From a virus (taxonomy: Duplodnaviria > Caudoviricetes): DNA of 61,804 nucleotides. The stretch spans positions 1 through 61,804 of the IMG/VR virus record IMGVR_UViG_3300012920_000040; one strand, written 5' to 3'. The notes under the pieces were generated by a model. The model was not told the DNA's origin and ran no database searches. It was given only the letters and a program-made list of their open reading frames with translations. Numbering within the stretch: the stretch's first letter is position 1; every line of letters begins with the position of its first letter. The position numbers and the translations under genes were made by a program. Positions 36,094 through 48,100 of this stretch are shown here, piece by piece.

Positions 36094-39000
36094 ATGCCTC
36101 TTAGCAGACTTGATAATTTCCTTAAAAACGTACGTGGCAATATTCTGTATGTTGACCCCAACAACTTGGATGCTACAGACGGTATTGAGAATCAGGGAAA
36201 TTCCATTGCTCGTCCATTCAAAACCCTGCAAAGGGCATTAATTGAAGCAGCTAGATTCTCCTATCAGAGGGGACAAGATAATGACAGGTTTGAGAAGACA
36301 ACAGTTATGCTTCTCCCTGGTGAACATGCCATTGATAATAGACCTGGTTGGATTCCCACAGGAACAACTGCAACCCCAAACACATTTTTGCTGAGAAATG
36401 GTCAGACTGCTACTGACTTTCCTGCGCTGAGCAACACTAGTGATTTTAATGTTTTTGCTGAAAACAATATTCTCTACAAGTTCAATAGTATTCATGGTGG
36501 CATCATCATCCCCAGAGGTGTGTCAATTGTTGGTTCTGATTTAAGAAAAACCAAAATTAGACCACTTTATGTTCCAAACCCCAAAAATGATGATATTGAA
36601 AGGTCTGCAATTTTCAGGGTAACTGGTGCTTGTTATTTCTTCCAGTTCTCTATTTTTGATGCTAAACCCACAAGAGGTGTATATAGAGATTATACAACAA
36701 ATAAAGCAGCACCCACATTCTCACACCACAAACTAACCTGTTTTGAATATGCTGATGGCATCAATCCAGTTAGTATTAATGATGAATTCAACACCTACAC
36801 AACAAGTCGCACTGACTTGGAGATGTATTATGAGAAAATAGGTAGAGCTTATGGTCCTGCTAGTGGTAGAGAAATCTCACCAAACTTCCCTGACCCTGGT
36901 GTAGATATTCAACCCAGAATTGATGAATTTAGGATTGTTGGTCCTATTGGTGGTGGTGTTGGTATCAGCAGTATTAAGGCAGGTGATGGCAACAACCCAT
37001 CTACTCTTATCAATGTTAAGACCTCAGCAGGTATTGAGGGTCTTAATGTAGATACAAATGTCATTATCAATAATGTAACTGACCCCAGATACAATGGAAC
37101 CTTCCTTGTTAAGGAAGTTTTGGATACTAATGCTAATGGTGTAACTGAATTTTCCTATGAAGTTCCTGTAACACCAGCAAATGCTCTCCCCAATCCACTG
37201 GGTTCAAGTATTGACCTTTCTACTGATACAGTATCCAGTGCATCACCCTATGTCTTTAATATCTCACTGAGATCAATCTTTGGCATGTGTGGTATGCACG
37301 CTGATGGATCTAAAGCAACTGGATTCAAGTCAATGGTTGTGGCTCAATTCACTGGAATCAGCCTTCAGGTTGATGACAATGCATTTGTGAAGTATAACTC
37401 ATCAAGTGGCACATTTGATGACTCCACTACTGTTCCTAATCTGCATACAGACATTAATGCAGTTTATAAACCATCATATGAGAACTTCCACATCAAGGCA
37501 TCTAATAATGGTTTGATGCAGTTGGTATCCATCTTTGCTATTGGATTCTCTGACCAGTTTGTTGTAGATAGTGGTGGTGATTTTTCAGTCACCAACTCAA
37601 ACTCCAACTTTGGTCAAATCGCTCTTAAATCCACTGGTTTTAGAAGAGATGCATTTTCACAGGATGATGTTGGATACATTACTCAAATTATTCCTCCTAA
37701 GACCCTTAAACCAGGTTTCTCAACAATTGAATTCCCATCAATTGATATTACCAAAACAGTAGGTGTTGGTAATGCATCAAGAATGTATCTGTATCAGTAT
37801 GAGAGTAGGGATGTAAAACCACCCTCAATTGTTCAAGGATATAGATTTGGTGCTAATCATGGTGAGAATCTATTTGCTGTGATTCCAACTAATGGTCAAC
37901 CAGTTGCTTTCTCAGCAAGAGTCATCATGGATGACACTGCAACTGATAATAGCAGACCAACAGGATATAAGAGGTCTGTTGTTGGTAGAAATGTATCAAG
38001 TGGAAATAGTATCACAAGTTCCACACTTACATTCCTTGAAAATCACCAGTTCAAACAGGGTGAGTCAATCAGAGTTATTGCAAATAATGGTAGACTGCCT
38101 GATGGTCTTAAGGCAAATAGACTTTACTATGCAATTGTTGATGGTCTGAACCCTGACCAACTGCGTATTGCACAGTCTATTAATGACTCACAAACTGCCT
38201 CTAATGTACAAATCAATAATTTGGGTGGTACATTGTATGTTGAGAGTAGAGTAAGTGACAAGACACCTGGAGACCCTGGACATCCCATTCAGTATGATGA
38301 TGCTGAAACACAATGGTTTGTAAATGTTTCCTCAGCATCTACTGAGAACAACCTGTATAACAAACTTGTATTGGGTGGTTTGGGTCCATCTTCACCTAGA
38401 ACATTTATTGTCAGAACTAATGATGTAAGACAATCAGATGATAGAATTCATAAGTTTAGATATGTAATTCCTGCTAACACAGGTATCACATCAGCAAGAC
38501 CTCCCCTTGATGGATTTACTATTCAGGAGTCAGGAGATGTTTCTGGTGCAAATGATACAGAAGTAGCACTTGCCTTCAACCCAGCATCAGTTGAGATGAA
38601 CAATGATGCTCAGATGAGAAACTTCAGTTTCATTGCTAAGACATCATATACAAATGGAATTGCATTCTATGATTGTGAAAGACCTCATGGTTTATCAATT
38701 GGTTCTAGTGTAGAAATTAATAATGTTAGAAGTACAAACTTCCCAACTGTTGGTGCTGGTCAGTCAGGATATAATGGTGTATATGAGGTAGCAGGTATTA
38801 CCAGTGAGAAGACATTCTTTGTAACTGACATCCCTTCATCACCTGGTTCATTCATCAACAATACATCTCAGAGAAACACTTCTCTCCCCACATTTAGGAG
38901 AAAGAAATTTAATGAAGATTACTATGTTTATGATGTAGAAACAATCAATGAGTATGTTAATGGAGAGCAGGATGGTATCTATTATATCAGTGTGTTGAAT

Positions 39001-41019
39001 GCCTCTAACACTCCTGATGTTTCACCATTCAATATTAATGAGTATAGTCTTTCACAACCACTCCAGCAATATTATCCTCAGATTGACAGAGACAATCCAA
39101 AGTCATCTGTACAATCAACTAAGACTTATGCTCTTCCAACTAATATTGGTGAGACTGTTGTTAATGATCCTAAGTTTAGTGTCACACAAGAAACATTGTT
39201 TGACTTCTTCAAGGATTCTGGAGTTGGTGTTGCACTAACTGATATTGTTTCAAACCCAGTTGGTACTGCTTACACTATCTTTACACAGTATGACCATGGA
39301 TTGAACAAAATCTCAGTTGCTAATGTTGATAATGGTGGTTCAGGATATGGTGATGGAACTGCTACAATTCAATATTACTACAATGCTAAACTTGAGAATA
39401 CTCAACCTGGTTCAATTGGTAGATTTGCAACTGCAAGAGTAACAGTTGATGGAACATCTGCTGGTGAAATTATTGATTGTGAAATTATGGATGGTGGTTC
39501 AGCATTTGTTGCTGGTGACACATGTAGAATTACTGGTATCACCACTACAGCAGGATTTACCTTTGCTACAGTCAATGTAAGTCAAATTAGAGAGAATAGA
39601 GGTGATACTATTCAGGTAACTGGTATTGGTGATTATAATGGAAGAATGTACAATAAGTTGTACAGAATTGCTGCTATCTCTGGAACTAAACAAATTGATG
39701 TATTGCCCATCAATGAGTCACCTGGTATCTCTACTTTAGGATTAGGTCTTGATGTAGCAAAAGATGGATCCATGAGTCTTATTGGACCAACATATAATGC
39801 TCTTAGAATTGTAGATAATGGATTTATGTATGACCAGGTTTCTGGCATTGCTACCTTAACTACACAACAAAATAATGATATTAGAGTTAATAACACAGTA
39901 ACAGTCAGCAGAGCAGATGCTGACCTGTACAATGGTAATTTTGTTTGCATTGACAAAATTGGTCTTACTACTGTTGTTTTGGATGTAGGTATTGCAACAG
40001 TTACACCTGCTGCTAATGATGGTATTCTTATCCATCCAGGTGGTTATGATACAAACTTTGGTGACCTGGTTGTTGAGAATGGTAGACTACATGGCAGAGA
40101 AACACAAATCTATGCTGGTATCTCCACTGTATTGTTCCAACCAATTACAAGTTCAACTACTGATACCATCAGTATTGAGAACATGCCAAGATTTGACCTT
40201 AAAATTGGTGACTATCTGAGAGTTAATGATGAGTTGATGAGAATTAAGCAAACAGTAAGTAGAGTTGCCACTGATACCACAGTTAAGGTATTCAGAGGTG
40301 TTTATGGTAGTGTTGCTGACACTCACCCAGTTGGTTCTGTTATTAAAAAAGTTAAGTTCTATCCTCTTGAGTTTAGAAGAAACTCTATTATCAGAGCATC
40401 TGGTCACACATTTGAATATATTGGATATGGACCTGGTAACTACTCCACAGCATTCCCAGATAGACAGACTAGACAGTTATCTTTGTCAGAACAAATTAAC
40501 GTTCAGTCAATGAAAATCTCTGGTGGTGTTGTAAACTACACTGGCATGAATGACAGAGGTGACTTCTTCATTGGTAACAAGAGAATTGCTTCTAACACTG
40601 GTAGAGAGCAAGTCTATGACACACCAGTACAAACAGTTTGTGGTGAAGACCCATACTCTGGTGGTTCAGTTTCTGATACCTCTGACTTCAACTATGTTGA
40701 CTCCTCTATTCTCAAGGTTGAGAGAAACATGGTTATTGATGGTGGTGACAAAGGAGACATCCTTTCAGAGTTCAATGGACCTGTTTCATTCTCCAAGAAG
40801 ATTGTAAGCACATCACCAGAGGGTGTTGAGGCAAATAGTCTGTTTATCCAGGGTAATGCCCAAGTTTCAAGAAAAGTTACTGTTGGTATTGCTACTCCTA
40901 CAGAAGCAGGAACACCTGGTGACATTGTATTTGCTGCTAACCCAACAAATGGTGGCACTGTTGGTTGGGTTTACACAACAGGTAACAATTGGAAGACATT
41001 TGGAGCCATTGAGAGCTGA
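36094..41019 (+). CDS. Large virion structural protein (1641 aa) with beta-helix-like regions
   Basis: MPLSRLDNFLKN..PFKTLQRALIEA, GSDLRKT, TNSNSNFG; AATAAATA upstream. Confidence 0.85.
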   Translation: MPLSRLDNFLKNVRGNILYVDPNNLDATDGIENQGNSIARPFKTLQRALIEAARFSYQRGQDNDRFEKTTVMLLPGEHAIDNRPGWIPTGTTATPNTFLLRNGQTATDFPALSNTSDFNVFAENNILYKFNSIHGGIIIPRGVSIVGSDLRKTKIRPLYVPNPKNDDIERSAIFRVTGACYFFQFSIFDAKPTRGVYRDYTTNKAAPTFSHHKLTCFEYADGINPVSINDEFNTYTTSRTDLEMYYEKIGRAYGPASGREISPNFPDPGVDIQPRIDEFRIVGPIGGGVGISSIKAGDGNNPSTLINVKTSAGIEGLNVDTNVIINNVTDPRYNGTFLVKEVLDTNANGVTEFSYEVPVTPANALPNPLGSSIDLSTDTVSSASPYVFNISLRSIFGMCGMHADGSKATGFKSMVVAQFTGISLQVDDNAFVKYNSSSGTFDDSTTVPNLHTDINAVYKPSYENFHIKASNNGLMQLVSIFAIGFSDQFVVDSGGDFSVTNSNSNFGQIALKSTGFRRDAFSQDDVGYITQIIPPKTLKPGFSTIEFPSIDITKTVGVGNASRMYLYQYESRDVKPPSIVQGYRFGANHGENLFAVIPTNGQPVAFSARVIMDDTATDNSRPTGYKRSVVGRNVSSGNSITSSTLTFLENHQFKQGESIRVIANNGRLPDGLKANRLYYAIVDGLNPDQLRIAQSINDSQTASNVQINNLGGTLYVESRVSDKTPGDPGHPIQYDDAETQWFVNVSSASTENNLYNKLVLGGLGPSSPRTFIVRTNDVRQSDDRIHKFRYVIPANTGITSARPPLDGFTIQESGDVSGANDTEVALAFNPASVEMNNDAQMRNFSFIAKTSYTNGIAFYDCERPHGLSIGSSVEINNVRSTNFPTVGAGQSGYNGVYEVAGITSEKTFFVTDIPSSPGSFINNTSQRNTSLPTFRRKKFNEDYYVYDVETINEYVNGEQDGIYYISVLNASNTPDVSPFNINEYSLSQPLQQYYPQIDRDNPKSSVQSTKTYALPTNIGETVVNDPKFSVTQETLFDFFKDSGVGVALTDIVSNPVGTAYTIFTQYDHGLNKISVANVDNGGSGYGDGTATIQYYYNAKLENTQPGSIGRFATARVTVDGTSAGEIIDCEIMDGGSAFVAGDTCRITGITTTAGFTFATVNVSQIRENRGDTIQVTGIGDYNGRMYNKLYRIAAISGTKQIDVLPINESPGISTLGLGLDVAKDGSMSLIGPTYNALRIVDNGFMYDQVSGIATLTTQQNNDIRVNNTVTVSRADADLYNGNFVCIDKIGLTTVVLDVGIATVTPAANDGILIHPGGYDTNFGDLVVENGRLHGRETQIYAGISTVLFQPITSSTTDTISIENMPRFDLKIGDYLRVNDELMRIKQTVSRVATDTTVKVFRGVYGSVADTHPVGSVIKKVKFYPLEFRRNSIIRASGHTFEYIGYGPGNYSTAFPDRQTRQLSLSEQINVQSMKISGGVVNYTGMNDRGDFFIGNKRIASNTGREQVYDTPVQTVCGEDPYSGGSVSDTSDFNYVDSSILKVERNMVIDGGDKGDILSEFNGPVSFSKKIVSTSPEGVEANSLFIQGNAQVSRKVTVGIATPTEAGTPGDIVFAANPTNGGTVGWVYTTGNNWKTFGAIES

Positions 41020-41048
41020 TAAATAAAACTAACGTTGACCTTAGATAA

Positions 41049-44000
41049 ATGGGTATCGATAAGGATTTTGTCATACGCAATGGCATAGAAGTAAACGAGG
41101 ATCTACTATATGCTGACGCTGTTAATGACAGGGTTGGCATTGGTACATCAGTTCCAGAGTGTACATTAGATGTTGTAGGTAATATTTGTGGTAGTGCTCA
41201 GATATCTGCTGCCACAACTGTTGTTTCCCAAAACCTTTCAGTTTCTGGTTTTGCCACAGTATTTGAGCAACTAGATGTTGGAGTTGGTGGTACAGTTTTA
41301 ACTGTAAGTGTTGTTAACCAAAATGTTGGTGTTAATTCAACACAACCATTCTATACTCATGAAATTATTGGTCCTGTATCAACTGGTCAGACTGCAGGTT
41401 ATATTTTTGGTGACCTATTAGTAACTGGTGACATTACAGCAACAAATCTGAATGGTCAGATTACTGCTGGTGGTACTGTTACCTTCAATGATGTTACTGT
41501 CACCAATGTTCTAGATGCTAATGATAGCAAAATCTATAGTAGATTTGATGTAGAGAGAGTTGGAAATCTATTCAACTTTGTGACAGATGGTGACCCACCT
41601 GGTATTGGTTTTACTCAAAACACTACAAACCCTGAACTATTTTTGCTCAGAGGTAAGAGATACCAGTTCCATGCAAATACTCCTGGTTTCCCATTCTACA
41701 TTAAGACGCAACCAACTGCAAATCTAGATGATTTGTATGATGGAGGTGTCTTCAATAATGGTGCTCAGGTGGGTATTGTCACATTTGAGATTCCATTTAA
41801 TGCTCCTAATATACTATACTACCAGGCATCAAACGTTGCAGGTATGGGTGGAACAATCTACCTGAACAATGACTATAAGACACTAAATGTTGCTATTGCA
41901 ACTGTAACTAATTTCCTTGATGCCTCAAATGCAGACTTTGAATACATCAATGTAACTGGATTTGGTACAATTGCCAACTTTGCTGATACTGGTGGCACAA
42001 CAATCAGTGCTGGTATTGTTACTGCCAATAAGTTTGTAGGTGTTACTACAGGTGGTGATGCTGTTAGTATTCATCAAAAGAATGATGATGTAGCATATCA
42101 GGTTACTTTTACTGATGTAATTCCAGGATTTTCTGGTTTAGGTTCTAACTATCAATTATTGAATATTGATTCTGATGACACTGACCTTACTTATAATCCA
42201 TCAAACAAAACTCTCACTGCCAGAAACTTTGCTGGTATTGCCACTGGTGGAGAGAGAATTAAGGTAAGAAAAGAATCATCAAATAATAACTTCCAGATTC
42301 ATTTCAGTGATAATTCAGCAACTGGATATGAATTAGTAAGAATTGATAGTGACTCATCTGAACTCACTTATAATCCCTCATCAAACACTTTAAATGTCTC
42401 AAATATTTCAGTAGACAAGTTTGTTGGTGATATCTATGCTGATAATGGCACATCACAGATTCTAGAGAATGGCACTGATGGCACAAATGCTACCTTTACT
42501 GGTCAGGCATCAAATGCCACCAATGTAAATATTCTGAATGATGAGAGCACAAATGCTGGTCATTTTGTCAACTTCTCCAATACAACCTCTGGTAACCAGA
42601 GAATTCAAGCAGATAGTCAATTTGTTTACAATCCTAGCACTGGTCATCTGACAGTTCCTGAGGTATTTGCATTCTTGGCAGGCACTGCTGATGATGCCTT
42701 AAATATTGATATTGATCAAAGAAATAATAATCAGAACTATCAGGTAGGATTTACTACTGCTAATGGAACAGGTTTCCAGAGAATGTATATTGACTCAGAT
42801 ACTGGTCAATTTACTTATAACCCCTCTACTGGAAGACTGACTGTTACCTCATTTGCTGGTGATGGCAATAACATTACCAATGTTAGTGTAACAAATATTA
42901 CTGGTGGTTTAGGTGATGTTATTAACATTGACCTCATTCAGGATGCATCAACAACACAACAGGGTGTTGTTCAATTAAGTAATGCCATTGATGGTACTAG
43001 ACAGAATATTGCTGCTTCTGAGAAGGCAGTAGGTGACCTTAAGATTCATGCTAACAATGCATCCAATCTTTCTAATGGTACTGTCAACAATGATAGATTA
43101 CTTAAGGCATCACTGACTCAGCAGGGTATTGTCTCACTGAGTGATAGTATTGATGGCACTAGTCAAACTATTGCTGCTTCTGAAAGAGCAGTTGGTTTGC
43201 TGAATGCTCATGCTGGAAATGCATCTAACCTTACTGAAGGTTTGGTAAATATTAACTTGATTCAAGATGCATCAACTACAGTGCAGGGTGTTGTTCAATT
43301 AAGTAACGCCATTGATGGTGATAGACAAAATATTGCTGCTACTGAAAAAGCTGTTGGTGACTTAAAGAATTATGTTGACACCACACCTGTCAACCCTGAT
43401 AACCTTCCAAAAGCATCCTATACTTTACAAGGTATTGTTCAATTAAGTCAAAAATTTGACTCTGAGTCAACTAATGCAGCTAATTTAGCATTTACTGAGC
43501 AAGGTGCTGTAAAACTAAGAGCACATGCAAATAATGCTTCTAATTTAACTTCTGGTATTGTTGACAATGCCAGATTAAATGTGGCATCTTATACTCAACA
43601 AGGTATCACTGATTATACTAAAAACTTTAAGACAGATGATGATGGTTCTGCACTTAGTGGTACAGGTGCTAATGATCTCAGGAAACATGCTGCTAATGCT
43701 AGTAACTTAACTTCTGGCACTGTATCTAATGATAGACTGAATAAAGCAAGCACTACTGCTCAAGGTATTGTTCAATTAAGTAATGCTATTGATAGCACAT
43801 CTCAGACTGTTGCTGCTTCTTCAAAAGCTGTAAATGATTTGAGATTAGCAACTCAAAATGGTGGCAATATTACTGAGGGTACAATTAATTCAGATAGAAT
43901 TAATAGAGCAACTTACACTGTGGTTGGTGTTACCAAACTAAGTAAGACTTTCACAGGTGATGCTGATAGTGATTCTGATGATTTGGCATTCAGTGAAGAG

Positions 44001-44777
44001 GGTGCTATCAACCTCAGAAAACATGCCAATAATGCCTCTAATTTATCATCTGGAACTGTTAATAATGACAGACTGAATAAAGCAAGCACCACAACACAAG
44101 GTATTGTTTTACTTGATAATACTTTCCCACCAGATAGCACTTCTACATCTGAGACATTTACATCTAATGTAATAACTCAAATTTATAATGCAGCAATTAA
44201 TGCAACTCTGCCAGCTGGCACAGTCATGGTATTTGTGCAGAAAAACGCTCCAACTGGTTGGACAAGGCAGACAGGTAATGCTGGTAGAGCAATGAGAATT
44301 GTTGGTGGAGGTTCTTCACCTTTTGGTGGATCAACAAATAATACTGGTAGTAGCTTCACTTCTGTCTTCAAACAACACACTGTTCCACTACCAAGTCATA
44401 ATCATAGCACTCAGGTTGGAGACGAGCAGGGTAATCACAAACATGGTGGTTCTGCTGACACAGGTGGTCAACATAATCATGAATTTGCTGATAATGGACA
44501 TGCTCATGGTTTTGAGAATGCTTTTGAGGAAGAGGGTGAATCTGCTTCAGGTGATGGTTCAGAAAACCAAGATGGTAGAGCAAAAGAAAGCACTACTAAT
44601 AAGAAGCAGGCAGGTATCCAATTCAATATGGATAATGGTCACAAACACCAGATTGACACTGGAAACCAGCAAGGTTCACACGCCCACAATGTACAAATAG
44701 ATAGTGAAGGAGAAAGTAGTCCTAATATTGACTTTAGAATTAAGTATGTTAATGTAATTCTTTGTTCTAAGGACTAA
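41049..44777 (+). CDS. Tail fibre protein with fibre repeats, collar-like domain and His-rich tip
   Basis: ASTTxQGxVQLSNAID..AASEKAV repeats; PAGTVMVF..APTGW; multiple HxH motifs. Confidence 0.85.
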   Translation: MGIDKDFVIRNGIEVNEDLLYADAVNDRVGIGTSVPECTLDVVGNICGSAQISAATTVVSQNLSVSGFATVFEQLDVGVGGTVLTVSVVNQNVGVNSTQPFYTHEIIGPVSTGQTAGYIFGDLLVTGDITATNLNGQITAGGTVTFNDVTVTNVLDANDSKIYSRFDVERVGNLFNFVTDGDPPGIGFTQNTTNPELFLLRGKRYQFHANTPGFPFYIKTQPTANLDDLYDGGVFNNGAQVGIVTFEIPFNAPNILYYQASNVAGMGGTIYLNNDYKTLNVAIATVTNFLDASNADFEYINVTGFGTIANFADTGGTTISAGIVTANKFVGVTTGGDAVSIHQKNDDVAYQVTFTDVIPGFSGLGSNYQLLNIDSDDTDLTYNPSNKTLTARNFAGIATGGERIKVRKESSNNNFQIHFSDNSATGYELVRIDSDSSELTYNPSSNTLNVSNISVDKFVGDIYADNGTSQILENGTDGTNATFTGQASNATNVNILNDESTNAGHFVNFSNTTSGNQRIQADSQFVYNPSTGHLTVPEVFAFLAGTADDALNIDIDQRNNNQNYQVGFTTANGTGFQRMYIDSDTGQFTYNPSTGRLTVTSFAGDGNNITNVSVTNITGGLGDVINIDLIQDASTTQQGVVQLSNAIDGTRQNIAASEKAVGDLKIHANNASNLSNGTVNNDRLLKASLTQQGIVSLSDSIDGTSQTIAASERAVGLLNAHAGNASNLTEGLVNINLIQDASTTVQGVVQLSNAIDGDRQNIAATEKAVGDLKNYVDTTPVNPDNLPKASYTLQGIVQLSQKFDSESTNAANLAFTEQGAVKLRAHANNASNLTSGIVDNARLNVASYTQQGITDYTKNFKTDDDGSALSGTGANDLRKHAANASNLTSGTVSNDRLNKASTTAQGIVQLSNAIDSTSQTVAASSKAVNDLRLATQNGGNITEGTINSDRINRATYTVVGVTKLSKTFTGDADSDSDDLAFSEEGAINLRKHANNASNLSSGTVNNDRLNKASTTTQGIVLLDNTFPPDSTSTSETFTSNVITQIYNAAINATLPAGTVMVFVQKNAPTGWTRQTGNAGRAMRIVGGGSSPFGGSTNNTGSSFTSVFKQHTVPLPSHNHSTQVGDEQGNHKHGGSADTGGQHNHEFADNGHAHGFENAFEEEGESASGDGSENQDGRAKESTTNKKQAGIQFNMDNGHKHQIDTGNQQGSHAHNVQIDSEGESSPNIDFRIKYVNVILCSKD
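42940..44130 (+). repeat. Degenerate tail-fibre repeats (about 8 copies)
   Basis: Recurring AS.T.QG.V.L...HANNASNL.SG.V.N.RL. Confidence 0.85.
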
Positions 44778-45111
44778 TTTCTGGAGGATGAGGAGGAATC
44801 ATTGGTGGGTTCAGAGGGGTTACCTGAGCAGGAATAACCCCTTGCTGCTCAAGACCAGCAATATATAATTGTTGATTTACTTCATTTGCTTTTACAACTT
44901 CATTTCTAAAACTTTCCACAGCTGCACCAGTTTGATTTGCCTTAGACGCAATCTCAATTGACATCATAGGCATCCAAGCTATTGCACATCTCCACTCAGA
45001 AAAATCTGCTCCAGTTTGAGGGTCTGTACCCTGAACTTGTATATACCATGCACACTTATGTTCCTTACAATTTTTCTGAATAAGGGGACACCATTCACCA
45101 CCTTTTGCCAT
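44767..45111 (-). CDS. Cys-rich conserved hypothetical protein (possible fibre partner)
   Basis: CPL..C..HKCAW..G.DPQTG..W.CA..WMP; own late motif on minus strand. Confidence 0.8.
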   Translation of the reverse strand: MAKGGEWCPLIQKNCKEHKCAWYIQVQGTDPQTGADFSEWRCAIAWMPMMSIEIASKANQTGAAVESFRNEVVKANEVNQQLYIAGLEQQGVIPAQVTPLNPPMIPPHPPEISP

Positions 45112-45137
45112 GCTAAATATATCTCTCTTTTTGAAAT

Positions 45138-45162
45138 TATTTATCTGGGCATCTTATAAATA
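45138..45162. promoter_or_regulatory. Back-to-back divergent late promoters
   Basis: GATAAATA on minus (45138-45145), TATAAATA on plus (45155-45162). Confidence 0.75.
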
Positions 45163-45189
45163 AAACTAACGGACACAGCAGTGTAGAGA

Positions 45190-48100
45190 ATGTCATTACT
45201 TAGGGCTGACAGAGTTGCCAATAGATTTAATAACACTGGCCCTATCATTGTAGGTCCTTCCACAGTCCATGGTGATTTTACAATTACTGGGGACCTAATT
45301 GTAGCTGGAATTGCAGTAACTAATAGCATTCAGATTGGTGCTGCACTCACTGTTAAAGACTTAATTGTACAGCAACAGACAAATTTAAACAACTTAAATG
45401 TAACAGGAGTTACAACTGCTGGCATCATCACAGGTGCAACTTTCTTTGGTGAAGGATCAAATATTTCTGGTATTGTTACTACAATAACCAGTTCAAGAGG
45501 CATTCAGATTACCCCTGGAAGTGGTAAGGGAACTGTAAATATTTTTGCTGTAGATGTAGTAGAAGCAGGATTTGCTAATGTTGCTGCTGGTGCTACAAAC
45601 TTAACTGGTGGTGACCAGGGTAGAATTCCTTATCAGATCAATCCTGGAGAGACAGGTTTCTCTGCTACTGGTAATGTAGGTGAGATTCTGTTGTCTGGTG
45701 GGACTGGCTCACCCACTTGGTCAAGTCTGGCAGCAATTAATGTTGCCTATGCTGATAGTGCAGGTATCTCAACAGATATATTTGGTGGTTCTGCTGGTAG
45801 AATTGTCTATCAAGCAGGTATTGACCAGACAGATTTTGTTCCAGTAGGTGCCACTGGCAGAATTTTACAAGCAAATGGATCAAGTTCTCCATCCTGGTTG
45901 GATGCTAGAGTAGGTTTAAGTGTATCCTTTGCTAAATTTGCTGGTGTATCAACTAATGTAACTGGTGGCATTGCATCAGTTACTCATCTTTCTGTTGGTG
46001 AGAATGGTAGTGGTATTGCTACATTCTTTGGACCAATTCAAGGTGTTGATATCAATCTAACTGGTGTTACAACCACCACTACCTTACAAGTTTCTTCTGC
46101 TGCCACTATTCCCAGTCTGACCTTATCAACTGGTCCTGGTGTAGGTGTAACTGCCATCCTTGATGAGGATGACCTTGCATCAGATAGAGCAGATGCCCTG
46201 GCAACACAACAATCAATCAAAAAATATGTTGATGACCAGGTAACAGCACAAGACCTTGATGGTACTACTGATGATGGCATTTTTGCTGTTGACCTTGATA
46301 GTCAAACACTTGACCTTCGTGGTGATGCAAATCAGGTCTATGTAACTGCTTCTGGTCAGCAAGTAAATATTGGTTTTACTACTGATGTCACCATTGCTAA
46401 TGACCTGACTGTAACAGGTAATGCTGGTATTGGTAGTCTGAGTGTTACTGGAATCTCTACAATCCAGACACTTGGTATCAATGGTGTTCTGACTACACCT
46501 TTTGCTAACATCACTGGTGTTGCCACAGTAACCAGATTAAATTCAACTCAGAATGAGTTTACTGATATTAATCTGACTGGCATTGCCACTGCTAGAATGC
46601 TTGATGTAACTGGTGTTACATCTACTGCTAACCTAAGAGTAACAGGACTCACAACTGTTACTAGATTTGAATCCACAGGTATTGCTACATTCAAGAATGA
46701 TATCTATCTTACCTCTGGTAATACTTTCTACAATGCTAACTTAAGCAATCCCAATTTTGTTGGTGTTGCCACTGCTCAAAGATTTGAGTTTGATGTTGCA
46801 GATGGTCCTTATGCCAATGTAACTGGCATTGCAACCATTGCAAATATTCAATCAACCACTGTCAATGTATCTGGTGTATCCACATTCAGTGACAATGTTG
46901 GTATAGCAAGTCTGAATGTAAGTGGCATTTCTACACTTCAGACTCTTGGTGTTACAGGTGTAACAACCACTCAGATGCTTCAGGTAACTGGCATCACATC
47001 AATCAATAACCTGAGTGTCACTGGTGTTGCCACATTCACTGGTGAACTTGATATCAGTGGTAACATTGGCATCAACTCTGCTGTTCTTACCGGTCTCACA
47101 ACAATCAGTGAACTGGATGTAAGTGGTGATGCATCAATCACAGGTAATGCTGGCATTGGCAGTCTTAATGTAACTGGCATTACAACATTATCCAGTGTCA
47201 CTGTAACAGGTAATGCTGGTATTGGTAGTCTTAATGTAACTGGTATTTCTACATTTAATGAGGATATTCAAGGAACAGACTTAACTCTCTCAGGAAATGC
47301 TGGTATTGGTAGTCTGAATGTGACAGGCATCACCACATTATCAAATGTTACTGTAACAGGTAATGCTGGAATTGGAAGTCTTAATGTTACAGGAATCTCA
47401 ACCTTCTCCAATACAACCACTACTGGTAATGCTGGAATTGGAAGTCTGAATGTAACTGGAGTATCCACATTTACTGGTCTTGTAGAAGTACAGAACAATC
47501 TGACAGTTGGTGGAAACCTTGGCATCTCAAGTCTTAATGTTACTGGCATATCTACATTCTCTGATATCACAGTAACAGGTAATGCTGGTATTGGTAGTCT
47601 GAATGTAACAGGTGTTTCTACCCTTGGAGTTACAACTGCTACCAGTCTTTCACTTAATGAATTAATTGTTGCTGGTCTCACCACAACTGCCACATTAAAT
47701 GTTGGTGATTTAGCAGGTATTGGTGCCACAATAGATGGAAATGGTGATGCAGTATTTGCTGGCATTATTACAGCAGCAGGTCTTAATATTACTGGCAGTA
47801 GTGGTAGTGCTTCATTTTCTGATATCACTGTTTCTGGTAATGCAGGTATTGGCAGTCTGAATGTCACTGGTATTTCAACCTTTACCAATACAGTCACCAC
47901 TGGTAATGCTGGCATTGGTAGTCTGAATGTTACTGGCATCTCTACATTCTCTAATATTACTGTTACAGGTAATGCAGGAATTGGCAGTCTCAATGTTACT
48001 GGTATCACAACTCTTGGAATTACAACAATCAGTGACTCACTTTATGTAAGTGGCATTGCTTCTGTTGGTACAATGATTACAATGTACCCAAGCAGTGGTA

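Noticed and set aside
47268-48008. 246-aa antisense ORF and other long shadow ORFs (e.g. 29997-30421, 17201-17527, within psbA and psbD)
   Set aside because: By-products of repetitive or biased sense-strand codons; no SD or promoter support
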